A stretch of DNA of 59,633 bases, filler included, from Circinaria calcarea (taxonomy: Eukaryota): the NCBI GenBank assembly GCA_051942165.1. It is 9 parts of 9 records of this genome, joined end to end, with 100 filler letters (N's around TTAATTAATTAA, not from the genome) between each part and the next. Parts side by side here need not be neighbours in the genome. Positions count along the whole stretch, not along the records: positions 33,212 to 39,747 come from JAVECS010001561.1; positions 39,848 to 46,381 come from JAVECS010001562.1; positions 46,482 to 53,007 come from JAVECS010001563.1; 6 more parts are not named here. The stretch is one strand, 5' to 3'. Made by a program: the position numbers and the translations under genes. The first letter of the stretch is position 1. Every line of letters starts with the position of its first letter. The notes under the pieces are model-generated. The model was not told where the DNA came from. It saw nothing but the letters and a program-made list of their open reading frames with translations, and made no database searches. Positions 35,573 to 48,068 of the stretch are shown here, piece by piece.

Positions 35573-36704
35573 TGGACATGGAAGGAGGTGGTGCATACTG
35601 CGGCATAGGGGTATGATTCGGTACGAGCGTTTGTATTTTGTAGCGTTGCGATGCTTTTTCTTTTCTCCACAGGACGAATCGTCCTCGAGGCATGCTCACG
35701 ATGCCGCTCATGATGCATTTTAGGGTTCAGCGGGCGGCGCACTCATTCTGATATTCCCACACGGTGACCTTGCATTTGCAAAGCGGCTTTTGGCTTTGGC
35801 GCGACTACGGGAGGACAAAGGGGTCCGGTGGGGGGATGTGTCATACGAGACGCGATAGTGTATATTTTGGTAGATGATAGATGGTAGATGAAGACGAATT
35901 TAAATGTTCCCTTCACTTGGGGAACCATGTGTGCAAAAAGCCGAGCACGCGGTGGATTCGCAAAGCTGTGGAGTTGTCTCAATCAAAGGCACAAGTTCGA
36001 CCTCCTTCCGAGCTGGAAAACAAGGTAATCACCCTTCACCTTCTTCCCCGCATACCATCGGAAAGCAGTTGACCAGAGCATGGGGATTATCGGTTCTGCA
36101 CGTTTCAATTGCGCCGGCTGATCCCCCGAGTACGGCAGACTACTAGGGCGCTGCATGACATTCGCAGATGATCTGTTGGCCAACATCCTTTCGATGTCAC
36201 AATAATGGTGATGATGTCGAAATGCCATCTGCTAAGTTCCCACTATGCATGGGCTTCTCTATCAGAAGATTGGCTATTCGGAACCACATCCTGGCTGCAT
36301 TCAGCATCGATGATGGCCAAATCACAGGAGCAGCATAGAGTTCCTCTCCTCAGTCCTTCCTGTTCTTACGCATTCACTGGATGCAAGTCTTCCGATCCAT
36401 GTTTCCACTCAGAGGACCTTCCATCTTTGCCCGCTTGACTTTGCATGCAGATGTTTGCTATGCAGCGTTCAAAAGCCTGCAGTGGCACTTGGACGCAGTC
36501 TTGCGCCATCGTACAGATCCCCAATATCAAGCTGCTTCCAGATAATGTCATCCTCGAGACTGTCAAAGCTTATATCTTTACCTCTGCGCACATTTCTTGT
36601 TAATCCGGGGTCCTTTGATATCTATTTCCATGATCTGACGTTATAGATATCCATCCATCGTTTACATATTCTACCCTGTACTGCTGCTAGTACGGAGTCT
36701 CCAA

Positions 36705-38671
36705 ATGTATTTATCTATCCTACTATGTATTTCAGCGGCTTCTGCAACTCTAGCCGGAGAGTCTCGGGAACATGAGCCCGTCTCGGTTCATACCCCTATC
36801 TACCGAGGGCGTTCCTACCCGCTCAGACGAGACGCTGTTGTGCCAAATGAGGAGCGGGCAGCTGCTGTAAAAGAAGCATTCACACATGCTTGGACAGGTT
36901 ACAAGACCTATGCATTCCCAAACGATGAATTACTTCCCGTTTCCAATACGTTTGGTAATTCGAGGTAAGTGCCCATGGCGTTCAATCTTTAAAAATGCAG
37001 CTGAAAGGTCAAAGAAACGGTTGGGGGGCAAGCGCTGTGGATGCATTTAGTACCGCTTTGGTGATGCAGATCCCAGAGATAGTGGATGAGATTTTGGATT
37101 ATATCCCAACGATCAATTTTGCCAATACTACAACCGATGTCAGTCTCTTCGAGACAACGGTAAGTTAGCGTCCTGATGCTCCGGTGCTCTTGTCGGTGCT
37201 GCTACTGACCCTACGAAGATTCGCTACCTTGCTGGGATGCTCTCTGGATATGACCTGTTAAAAGGTCCACTTTCTAATCTCAACTCAAATGTAAGTTAGC
37301 AATCGATCGTAGCAAAGCTAGAGCTGAGCCTTTGGTAGGCAACAAACGTTGACGCCCTCCTCACGCAATCAACGAATCTCGCAAACGTTTTGAAGTTTGC
37401 CTTTAATACGCCCACCGGCATCCCTTATAACGGGCTGAACGTTACCAACCAGACCACAATCGGTGATGCAACGAACGGACTTGCCGGCATGGGCACTCTT
37501 GTTCTGGAGTGGACCCATCTTTCTGATCTCACCGGTGATTCCCAGTATGCGAGCCTCAGCCAGAAGGCGGAATCTTACCTTTTGAATCCTCGGCCTGCTT
37601 CATCCGAGCCGTTCCCTGGTCTTGTTGGCTCTAATATTGACATTGACACCGGGATGTTTTTAGATGCAAGGGGGGCCTGAACTGGTGGGACTGATTCGTT
37701 CTACGAGTATCTGATCAAGATGTACATTTATGATCCGAGCCGATTTGGATCATACAAAGACAGGTACGCAAGCATAGTCCTTCCGAATATTAAACTTCTA
37801 AAGGCTTTTGGGAGACTTTAAGCCTCTCCCTATTTTTTCAAGAATCGAGAGCTCCCTGCTTACAAGCGTTGCTTTAGATGGGTGCTCGCCGCCGATTCCA
37901 GCATCGCAAACCTGACTAGCCATCCGTCCTCTCGCCCGGATTTGACCTTCCTCGCCGATTATAATGGCACCAACCTTATATATGCATCCCAGCATCTCGC
38001 CTGCTTCGACGGCGGCAACTTCCTCCTCGGCGGCCAGGTTCTCGGCCGCCAAGACTATATCGACTTCGGACTTGCCTTGGTCAACGGCTGCCATGACACC
38101 TATGCATCGACGGCCACGCACATCGGGCCCGAATCGTTTGCGTGGGACGACTCTGCGGTCCCATCCGAGCAGACCGCATTCTACAACGCGTCTGGTTTCT
38201 GCCTGACCAACCCGGCTTACATCCTGCGGCCGGAAGTGATTGAAAGCTACTACTACGCCTACCGCATCACCGGTAATGCCACATACCAAGACTGGGCGTG
38301 GGATGCGTTTGTCGCCATCAATGCGACGACCAGGACCGAGAGCGGATTCAGCAGTATTAGCAACGTGAACGCTGCGGACGGGGGCACGAAGACGGATCTT
38401 CAGGAGAGTTTCCTCTTCGCCGAAGTGCTAAAGTACAGTTATTTGATCCACGCGCCGGTAAGCTTTCTCTTCCTTGTAACTCATGATCATTATGCCTGAG
38501 GGGCGGCTTTATACGGAAGACTGATGTGGCGACTCTCAGGACGACGTCTGGCAGGTCGAGCATGACGGGGTGAACTCGTGGGTCTTTAACACGGAAGCTC
38601 ATCCGTTCAAGGTCGCGGGGATGCCTATCCGGGCCTCGGGGGCAGGTCGCGGACCCTCCGAAGGAGGTTAG
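36705..38671 (+). CDS. Secreted GH47 class I alpha-1,2-mannosidase (5 introns) with one in-frame TGA at 37678-37680; possible recent pseudogene
   Basis: [80 protein letters not shown]. Confidence 0.88.
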
Positions 38672-38977
38672 TACTTGAGGGTTGGGAAACGGAAGGGAGA
38701 AGGGGAAAGCCGTTGCCGGAGGGGAGGAGGAATGTCGAGGCCAACGTCGGGAATTAGGGGGAGTTTGGCGAATAGCTAACTAAACGATATCTACAAGGCT
38801 ATAATACCATATAGGATTTACCTATCCATTTCAATGAATAATCCGTATTAACAGGCCCTGTTTAAAAATATTTCAGCGGGGAGCTTGGCAAGCCTTTCCA
38901 TATAGCGATATTAAACTGTAGAAATTCTGGAAAAACAGTGGGGGAGGGGGATGGGAGAACAAACGGTTAGAAATGGC

Positions 38978-39497
38978 GGAAATATGCAATTTCATACCCC
39001 AGCCCCAAATTCTAGTGATTAACCTTCTGTTAGTGCAAGGTGACTATTATTAAAATCACTACGGAAGATCGCTGTCATTGCCGTAAAGACCTATTATCGC
39101 AGAGGTCACTGTCGCAGAGGTCACTGTCGCAGAGGTCACTGTCGCAGAGGTCACTGTCGCAGAGGTCACTGTCGCAGAGGTCACTGTCGCAGAGGTCACT
39201 GTCGCCAGTGGCATTGCATAATAGCATTGCGATAGTGGCATTACGACACACTGGCATTGCGACACACTGGCATTGCGATATAAATGCGAGAGCGACACAG
39301 TGCGACAGCGACCCACTGAAAACCGCGATAGGGAACTTAGCCTATTAACCTCCGGCCGGGTTCTTAGGCTAATACCCTCCTGACAGTAGTGTGTTCTTCG
39401 GGGTACCCCCTGAAATTTGGGGGTGGGGTATGAAATTGCAACTTAGGGTATGAAATTGCATATTTCAAACTCTTGGGGTATGAAATTGCATTTTTCC
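38978..39497. mobile_element. ~520-bp non-autonomous DNA element (MITE, Mutator-like termini)
   Basis: 23-bp TIRs GGAAATATGCAATTTCATACCCC / GGGGTATGAAATTGCATTTTTCC (1 mismatch); TIR core tripled at the right end; no TSD found. Confidence 0.7.
39097..39201 (+). repeat. Perfect 15-bp minisatellite (TCGCAGAGGTCACTG) x7
   Basis: Seven identical units followed by degenerate TGGCATTGCGA repeats. Confidence 0.97.
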
Positions 39498-39747
39498 GAG
39501 ATAAACTTTCCGGAGTTTTATTGCGAGAACCACCCCCCCCTCCTTTTTAAATCTTGAGGAGCTCTAATTACTGTACCACAACCTCGAGATTCTAAAAAGC
39601 GAATATCAAAAAATGCGTAGGATATGTACTTGATAAGATAGCAATACCCAATATACTATAGATCCTTCCAACTCCCAGCCTTTCCAAACCCTTCTCCTCC
39701 TTCAATCTTCCAATCAGTCACCTCTAGCCCCCCTCTCCCCAATCACT

Positions 39748-39847
39748 NNNNNNNNNNNNNNNNNNNNNNNNNNNNNNNNNNNNNNNNNNNNTTAATTAAT
39801 TAANNNNNNNNNNNNNNNNNNNNNNNNNNNNNNNNNNNNNNNNNNNN
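39748..39847. other. Artificial contig linker
   Basis: N44-TTAATTAATTAA-N44. Confidence 0.99.
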
Positions 39848-40450
39848 ACCCATGGGAGATGACTTGGTTGGTGGGCGGCCACCGGGGGATGCGCCTTGCG
39901 AGGCTGAGGCCTGAGGGGGCTGAAGAGTGGGGATCAGATTTGCGCGAGTGTAGGTGGCAACATGGAATATGGAGTAGACCGCGAAAGGCAGAAGAGCTAA
40001 CGGGACCTGGCGGGAGAAGATCCAGACGAGTGCCATAACTGTTGTCACCGAAGTGTGAGGATGTGATCTCTCTTCGGAGGACATGGGTATTCACCTAGGT
40101 ATTGAACATTTTCATCACCTGCCAAAGCCAACGCACCTCCCTGCTGACGGCTGCCGGCGCGTGCTCTGGCGCGGTAAGCCTTGTAGACGACGATACCATA
40201 GGTTGCTGCGGCAGCGACGAAAGCAGTGCGATAGGAGAATCGGGCCCAGCGCGAATAAAAGTTGAAAGTCAGGTAGGAGAGACTGTAGCGGAAAGCGCAG
40301 AATATCAGTGTGAGGTGGCCGACGAACCAGCCGAATCTATCTTGGTCAGTCAATTGCTTATAATCTCTCAATCCCGACTTACTGTAAGGTCTGCGCAAGG
40401 TGCATAAGGCGTTGCGTCAGCGGCATTGAAGCCGGTGGTGGAGGTGCCAT
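39848..40450 (-). CDS. POM33: Pom33/Tts1/TMEM33 ER and nuclear-pore membrane protein; 2 introns; 3'-truncated
   Basis: MAPPPP..LAQTLQ|FGWFVGH..TYGIVVYK..DENVQYL|VMALVW..LLPFAVYSIFHVATYTR. Confidence 0.88.
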
Positions 40451-41212
40451 TGTGAAGGCAGTCAATGTCCTTTGTTGTGATAAGTGATTAATTTCTTGCG
40501 TATTCGGTCAATGTGGGTAATCTGTCTGATCGGGATCTGAAGCAATAGGGAACGGATAGGAGACGGTGGAGGAAGGGAAGTTCTGAAGACAGAGAAATCA
40601 AGTGTCGTGTGTGGGCACGGCCGGAAACTGGGCAAAAAGATGACGCAGCCGGGAATTTATGGAGGAAGCAGCCACACAAAGGCTACCACGGCTTCTATTC
40701 ACACGAAGAGCCTCACAATTATCACATGTTCAATAGAGGCAAACGGTCAATTGCAAAGGGCCACCTCAACAATGTGCTGTTAGAGGCCGTGTACAACACA
40801 GCAGTCATTACAGTCGGCCACAAATACAGTTTGACGATTAAGGCTTAAGCCCTACAGCCCACAATCAGATAGTCATCCTTTACGCATGTCCGGTCATATC
40901 AGGAGCCCGTTGAAATTAGTAATGCTGGATAGTTCTCTTTAAACGTACATACATAGGGGAAGTTCAAGCCTCGCCATACGTGAGACGTAATCCGCTGAGA
41001 GCTCGAATCGAATAATTGAGGAAGAACTGTTTAGACCAATGCCAATCTCCGCAAGCAAGGATATGACAGAGCTTAACAGTATGTCATCCAGACAGCGGGC
41101 CTACCGAAACTAAAGCGAGAAGAACAAAATAACACAGGGATATCAAATGGTGATATGGTCAAGGTCGAAAACCTCCCTCGTTTCGAGTGGTGCAGAGTAA
41201 GACTCGCCTGCC

Positions 41213-43027
41213 TTAGCGAAGCGAGAACCCCTTTCTCTTGCCCTCTTTTTCTATCGGCCGTCCACTCTCAACGCGCGACTTTTTCTCCTCCAACTCCAGA
41301 CGCTGTCTCTCCAACTGGTCTTTCATCTCGCGGTGTCTTGCGTAGAGCTCCTCCTCGCTCTGCTTCAGTTTACTCTCTTTCTCGGCGACTTTCTGTTGGA
41401 AGACCATTTTCATCTCCGACTCCATTTTCTGCAGCTTTTGCTCATGAAGCGTACGCTCCTCTTCCTGCTTAACAGCAGGGTTGATCTCCTTGAAGACACT
41501 TTGGTCTTGAGCGACGCCCATTGATGCCAGTTTATCTGATCGATAGTTTTCGTAGAGGGCATTGTTGGTATGCTCTTTGAGCTCCTCCATGTGTGTGCGG
41601 ATTAACATCTGTCTTAGCTTGACAAAGTCACAGTGATCCTCATTATCCACTTCAATCACTCCCCATGGATAACGACGTCCGCGAACTTTGCGACCTTCCG
41701 GGCTAGTAACTTCCGAGTTTGCACCCACGACAGCGAAAGGAACCTTGGACATGATCTCCTGGTTTTCCGCGATCGTTTCTTCGTCGTCGAGTTCATATCG
41801 AGGTCCTTCAAAGATTTGGATTGAATGGTGATGGATATCGGCCAAGATCTGACTAGGTCAGCATAGCTTCTATTCTCAATCGGGAATACTCACTCTCTCC
41901 TTGAACATGAAAATCTCTTCATCGGTCAAAGTATCTGCCTTGGCAATGACGGGTATCAAATTGACCTTGGTGTGCAGTCGACGCATAACTTCGATATCAA
42001 GTGGCTTGAGTGCGTGGCCTGTAGGCTGAATGAAGTAAACGCAAGCGTGTACACGGTTGTCCACGACGTTCATTCGGTTGACCTTGGTTTCAGCCTCAAG
42101 GTAGGCGTCGAAACGCTGCTCAATGTGTTCCACAATCGGACGCCACGAGTCATCATTGTTCACGAAGTCACCGAACCCCGGGGTATCCACCACTGTTAAG
42201 CGTAGCCGAACACCGTTTTCCTCGATGTCTGCACTGAATGACTGAATCGACACGGTTTTTGGGATGATATCCAGACTCGGTCCCTTGCGCTCCTTGGGAG
42301 GATACAGAGAGGTGTTGAAGAGGGTGTCGACAAGGGTTGATTTTCCAAGGCCAGATTCACCTGACAAGGTCAGCACGTTGAGCATAGCCGTCTTAGCGCA
42401 TATCATACCAACGACCATAACGTTGAAATTGAATCCTTTTCGTACACTCTTCCGATGCCATTGGTTTGGTAGATTCGCAAATCCAACGTAGCCCGTAAGC
42501 TTCCTCCGGACGACATTTCTCATATCACTTGCGGCTTGCGCTGCAGCCTTTGGATCCTTTGAGCTGACTGTCTGAGCTGAGCTCTGGCCATTAGCTCCCA
42601 TTGGGTTGCTACGCTCTACATATGGCGATACAGGCTTGCCGTTGGGAACAGGAGGACCCTGTAGAACTTGCGGCGCTGGCGAACCACGATTGGGTGCGGG
42701 TGGTAAAGGGCCGTTGGTAGCTGTAGAAGATGGAAATATGTCAGCCATTTTTAAACCTTGACGATTGACTTCATGGTTGATAGGGTGGGTGCAATGTCGG
42801 TTGACACGTTGGGTTCGTGATTCTCCTTGCTCTTAAAGGCTCTGGGTTTGAGAATAGCGCCGTTTGGCGATAGATCAACGTTGATCAATCTCATCAACTA
42901 TGGCGGGGTGAAACAAATGGTCGTCTTTCACTTCTTGTTGGATAATCCAGACTGTCACCGGTGTCCTTGGTGTCCATAGACAGGTACGGGTGTGTAGAGA
43001 ATACAGTGGTAAGAGGTGCTTACCCAT
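41213..43027 (-). CDS. CDC3: Septin Cdc3/AspB; first coding exon probably only ATGG (43024-43027)
   Basis: [47 protein letters not shown], coiled coil, KRKGFSLR*. Confidence 0.93.
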
Positions 43028-44056
43028 GGTAGCGAATGTAAAATATGTACTTTGACCAGGCCACCGAGTCTGTATAAACGTCGTTGCCCTGTTAGCCACT
43101 GAAGACGATCGGGGGGAAGAAGGAACAGAATTTAGAGCAAGAGAATCAATCGCTCTCTAGGACGCGAATGGCCGTACCATGGAAACTTACCTTCAACGGT
43201 GAAGCACACTAGGCAACACAACGAGCGGACCTGATTAGGCTTAGAAAGGGGGAAAACGACCTGCTCACACAGTGTTTAGAACTGAGGGCCAAGAGGATTA
43301 GGTGTGGAGTGTTGGTGAAAGGGGTTCTTGTGTGGGTAAGAGCTGCGCAGGGAGCGGGAGTTTGCTGGCTCTCTGGGTAGCTCTTGACGCGCGGTGGTCG
43401 TCTCTCTTCTGTTAGAGCTGTCGCTTACCGGTATCGAAAATGTCTGTATGCGTGTGCGACGATACTCGGTGCCCGTTGTGACGGATTGGTAGAGTTGTCA
43501 GTCTACGTCCTCGATCTCCGCGAGAAATTACAAGAACTTGGACGAGCAGGGGTGAAATGAAGAGCCAATGGCCACAACCCTACTAGCCTTCAACGGCTAC
43601 ACCCTCGGCCTAATGTGAATATCGACATGTACCGTTCAATGCATGGGTAAGGCAAGGGTAACGGCCAACATACATTGATCGGTGTCATTCGTCCAATCGG
43701 TGCGACGATATCTTTCCATGTCCACTCTCCCAAAAAGGGCGTAGGTGGACGAAGTGGCCTACGTTGTTGCCTCTGCACTCCCAGCCTATCCCCTTCGACC
43801 ACATCATTGACGACGAAAGCCTCCCCCTAAATTAAAGCAAGGGGGGGGAAGTCGTTGAGCTCTAATCAAACGCAAGTGCTGAGAAGATTTCATTCGTTTC
43901 AAGTCTATCGTGATCTATCATTAAACCTTCCGGCATGCAGGAGCACGCCCGAAATCTGTAGTTTTCGTCTTCAAAGTTGGGCACCAAAGCAATGGATGGC
44001 AATACTCGAATCTATGCCCCGCCTTCAACCCATTCCCGCATGCATGCTTTCCATCT

Positions 44057-46381
44057 CTAGTCCACTGCGTCCTCGACCTTGTCCGGCTTTACACTCTCAG
44101 CATCTTTCATCTCCGCGTCTTCGCCGCTCCCGTTCGCTGCCGTTCCGTTGGCTTTCTCGCTCTTTGCCTCTGCAGCCTTCTTGGCTTCGTCATCGGCTTT
44201 TCTCCTCGCCTCCAATTCAGCCTTCCTCTTGGCTGCCTTCTCCTCTTCTGCTTTTACGACAGCCTGGCGCTCTTCCTCAACCTTGTCAAGGTATCTCGCT
44301 ATGATGGGCCCCGCAACAAAGCGGATCTCATCCATCTTAGCAACATAAGTCGCTTTGGTGGCATCATCACCCTCATCATAAAGCCAGTCCTGCAAAATTG
44401 TTAGTTGGGTGCACTAATATAGCCGAGGAACGTTTCATACCGCAGTTTCCTCTAGCTTCGCCTTCAGTTTCTCCTTCTCCTCTTCACTTGCAAATTCCGC
44501 ATACTTCTCATCAATCTTGCCTCGTAGCTCGTAAATGTAACTCTCAAGCTCATTCTTCTTGTCTTCGGTATCGAGAACCAGCTTGTCCTCCATGAACATG
44601 AGGCTTTCTTTCTCGGCCGCAGCATCCTTTGATGCTTGGTCTAACGAAGAAGTCCCCGAGGCAATTGGTAATTCGCCCTTGCGAACTTGCTTCTTGACTT
44701 TCCTAGTCTTTGGTTTGGCCTCTGCGCCACTGGTAGGAGGATCTGTGTCCATTGCCTGGTCAGACACCCGAGTTAGTGCTGAGTGTCCCGACAACTTTCT
44801 CTTCACACCAGTTCGAAGGTCATGCATCATTGTCTTAAATCGCGAGCGGGGCCCAGAGGCAACGATCTCTTCGTCCCCCGTCAAGATGTTTGGCTTGAAA
44901 CGTGATGACTCAGACGTGGGCATGGTGGAAGATGGAGTTGAACTTACATCACCGTCTTTCTTCTCTACCTCCTTTTCCTCCGGTATAGGTTCCTCGACCT
45001 CAACGTCCTCGATATAGTATCCAGATTCTACTGCCAGGATCCCATTTACATTGAGCCGAGCCTTAAGCTTACAGATCATGAAGTCGTTCTTTGCGTCAGG
45101 CTTGACACCTTTGACCGAGAAGCGCCCGATCCAAGGGTTCATCTTGCCAGGCAGCATCTCAGGTTTGGCGTATCTTGCTTCTAGATCGAACGGTTGCTTG
45201 CGATAGAAGGTGAGAATCTTTGTTGATGGCATGACATTACCCTTGTTGAAGACAGTCAAGCTCGTATCCTCGTCCGGTATATCAGGCGACTGTTCCCAGT
45301 TGAACTCGATAGGGTAATTCACAATGTCGTGGATGGAGAAGTCGCGGACACGAAAGACTGGTGAAAGGATGGCGCAGCTGAAGGCACAACCACGTGCGAC
45401 AGCTTCGTCTTGGTTTAGGGTAAAAGAGAGTGTCTTGTTGAAAAACTTGCTGATACGATCTTTCAACGAAGGAACTCGGGTGCATCCGCCGATCATTTCT
45501 ATCGCGTCAATGTCTTCAGCCTTGAGCTTCGCCTCAGCCAAAGCTTGCTCAAGCGGTATGGTAACTCGATCGAGCAGCGGTTGCAGGAGAGCTTCGAGTT
45601 CGTCTCGCTTCATCATGCCGGACACGTCAACATCGTTCATCAAAGATTCAATACTGATGGGTGCTTGAGCGTTCGCCGACAAGACCTTTTTCATCTTTTC
45701 CGCAGCTGCGGTGACCCTGACCAGAGCTTTGGGATTTGAGTAAATGTCGATCTTGTATTTATCCTTGAACTCCTTGGCGAAGTGGTCCACGATAGCTTTA
45801 TCGAAATTCCGTCCGCCAAAATGTCTGTCGTAGGTAGTGGACCGTACTGCCAGTTCGCCCTTTTTGAATTCAACAATCGAGCATGAGTATGAACTGTGAC
45901 CAATGTCTACGAAACACACGCGTCTCGGCTTCTCTTCTGCCGTCGGCAGGTCGAGCTTGGTGATGCCGTAACCAAGTGCAGTAGCAGTTGTGTCATTGAT
46001 AAGCCTTAGCAGCTTCAGTCCTGCTATTTCTGCAGCATCAACTAGACTCCTGCGTTGATGGTCCGTAAACCATGGCGGAACGCTTATGACGATATCGGAG
46101 ACAGGTAGCTTGAGCTCTGCAGATGCTGTGGCCTTGATCTTGCTTAGAAACATGGACACCAGCTGGGTTGCTGTAAAAGTCTCCTTCTTCCCCAGGTAGG
46201 TAACCTCTGCGCCAACCTGCCCGTTAACATCGACAAGAGGAGCCGATACGTAATCCTGTTCGATTTGTACGTCGGGGTCATTGAGAGAACGGCCCGCCAG
46301 ACGTTTGAGAGATCCGACGGTGTTTTTCAGGTTCGAAATCTCCTGCGTCTTTGCTGGCTCGCCTAGATACCTGCTCTTGGG
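44057..46381 (-). CDS. SSE1: Hsp110-family chaperone (Hsp88/Sse1); 5'-truncated; introns 44756-44947 and ~44391-44441
   Basis: TLNQDEAVARGCAFSCAILSPVFRVRDF, DTEDKKNELESYIY, DWLYDEGDD. Confidence 0.93.
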
Positions 46382-46481
46382 NNNNNNNNNNNNNNNNNNN
46401 NNNNNNNNNNNNNNNNNNNNNNNNNTTAATTAATTAANNNNNNNNNNNNNNNNNNNNNNNNNNNNNNNNNNNNNNNNNNNN
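46382..46481. other. Artificial contig linker
   Basis: N44-TTAATTAATTAA-N44. Confidence 0.99.
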
Positions 46482-47154
46482 TGTTTTCGGAGTTTGTATG
46501 AACGGGGTTGGTGAGGGATGGGTAGGCGGTTATACTTCCTGGTGTTAATCCAGACTTTGCGAAACTGGATGCGAGTATGGGCTCTGATACGGAAGTGGGC
46601 TGAGTGAGTGGAAGGGGGAGGGAATCGATGTCTCATTCTACGTTTTTCCCCATACCGGACCCCTTTATATCCCCTCTTCCATCACTCCTTCCGTAGTCTT
46701 AACATGACGCCCAGTTTTAACTTCTCCAGGAGCAACTTTTCTCTCTGCTGGAAAAGTTTACACCTTACATCTAGAATATCCAAACGGTGATGGGTATGCT
46801 TCCTTGGACGCGGGGGTCTAGGTGTGTGAGGGATGAGTGATGGGATAGGGGCAGGGACGGGGGTATATGCGTAAGCATAGGAAGAAAGGCACTGGAGTAT
46901 CGAGTGGTTCTCGTCCTTTTTTTCTAGCTGGATAGGATTAATGTGTCCATAGAAGGCTTCGAGATGTTATCTAGGATATATGTTGTCCACCTGTTACTTG
47001 CTTGCTAGTATTGCCAACCTCCTCCTTGCTATACTGAGATATAGTAGCTGCCGTGGCATCACTAGAAAGTATTTGCCTTGTAAGTGGACCGTAGTCAGCT
47101 GGGATGAGACCTCAAGGGACGTAACACTTGTGCTCGGTTTTCCAATAACGAGGT

Positions 47155-48068
47155 TTACGTCGACTTCTTGATGACATCCAACCCCGTTCCCTTTAAGAGG
47201 AATGACTCCTGTGTTCCAGGTGTTAGCAAGCCATCTTGAAGATATCTTGAGTACGCCCGAGGATACAACTCACAGGAAACAAGGACGCCGTGTACCGCAC
47301 GATAGACGCATATCCACCCCTCCATATCTGCCAATTCGCTCCTTTCAAGAGATCACCCACAACCTTCTCGGCGTATACGAAAGCCTCCATTCGGGGCGTT
47401 CTATCCTCACCTTTGCCTCGCGCAGCAATTTCCTTTTCGATACTCAGGTACCGAGAGGTCAGCGGGAGTTTGAAATTCACGCCATTCGTGAGGTTGTTGG
47501 GCCCCGGTTACATACGACAGTTACAGCCTTGACGCCAAAGGGTGCTAGTTCTTGGCGGGGAGTTTCGATGATCATTGTTACGGCTGCTTTCGAGCCTGAG
47601 TAAACATATCATCTGGTGTCCTCTGAGATCTTTCCAGCCCAGGTGATGGTACTGCGGTACCTATGGAACTGACATTTGCAATGGTGCCCTTGGCCGCATT
47701 CATGAGGGGTACAAAGGCTTGCGTAACGTGTATCATCCCCCAGACGTTAATATCGAACATGCTCTTTACCGTCTTAATATCAAAGTACAAAGTGGGCATG
47801 ATGATGGTTTGTCCGGCATTGTTGATAAGGTAATCGAGCGTTCCGCCTGTCTGTTGCCTCACCAGCTCAACAGCCGCCTGGACGCTCGGCATAGACGTGG
47901 GATCAAGGGTGAGAATGGTGACGGTGGAAACTTCTCCAGATGCGGCATCTTGGAGGCATTGCGGGCAGTGGCAAAGACGTGCAGATTTCGCTTTTGGAAT
48001 GCTTCAACGAGGGCGGAGCCAATGCCACCGGCACTACAGCCAGTAACAAGGGCTGTTTTGAGAGCCAT
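47155..48068 (-). pseudogene. Ayr1-like short-chain dehydrogenase/reductase pseudogene
   Basis: TGCSAGGIG, LINNAG, YSGSKAA motifs fall in different frames; 1-bp frameshift near 47928 and another near 47490. Confidence 0.82.

Noticed and set aside
39040..39348. Repeat proteins (SQRSL)n, (VTSAT)n, (CDSDL)n, or a CRISPR-like array
   Set aside because: Translations of a spacer-less 15-bp minisatellite inside a MITE; eukaryotic DNA with no cas genes.
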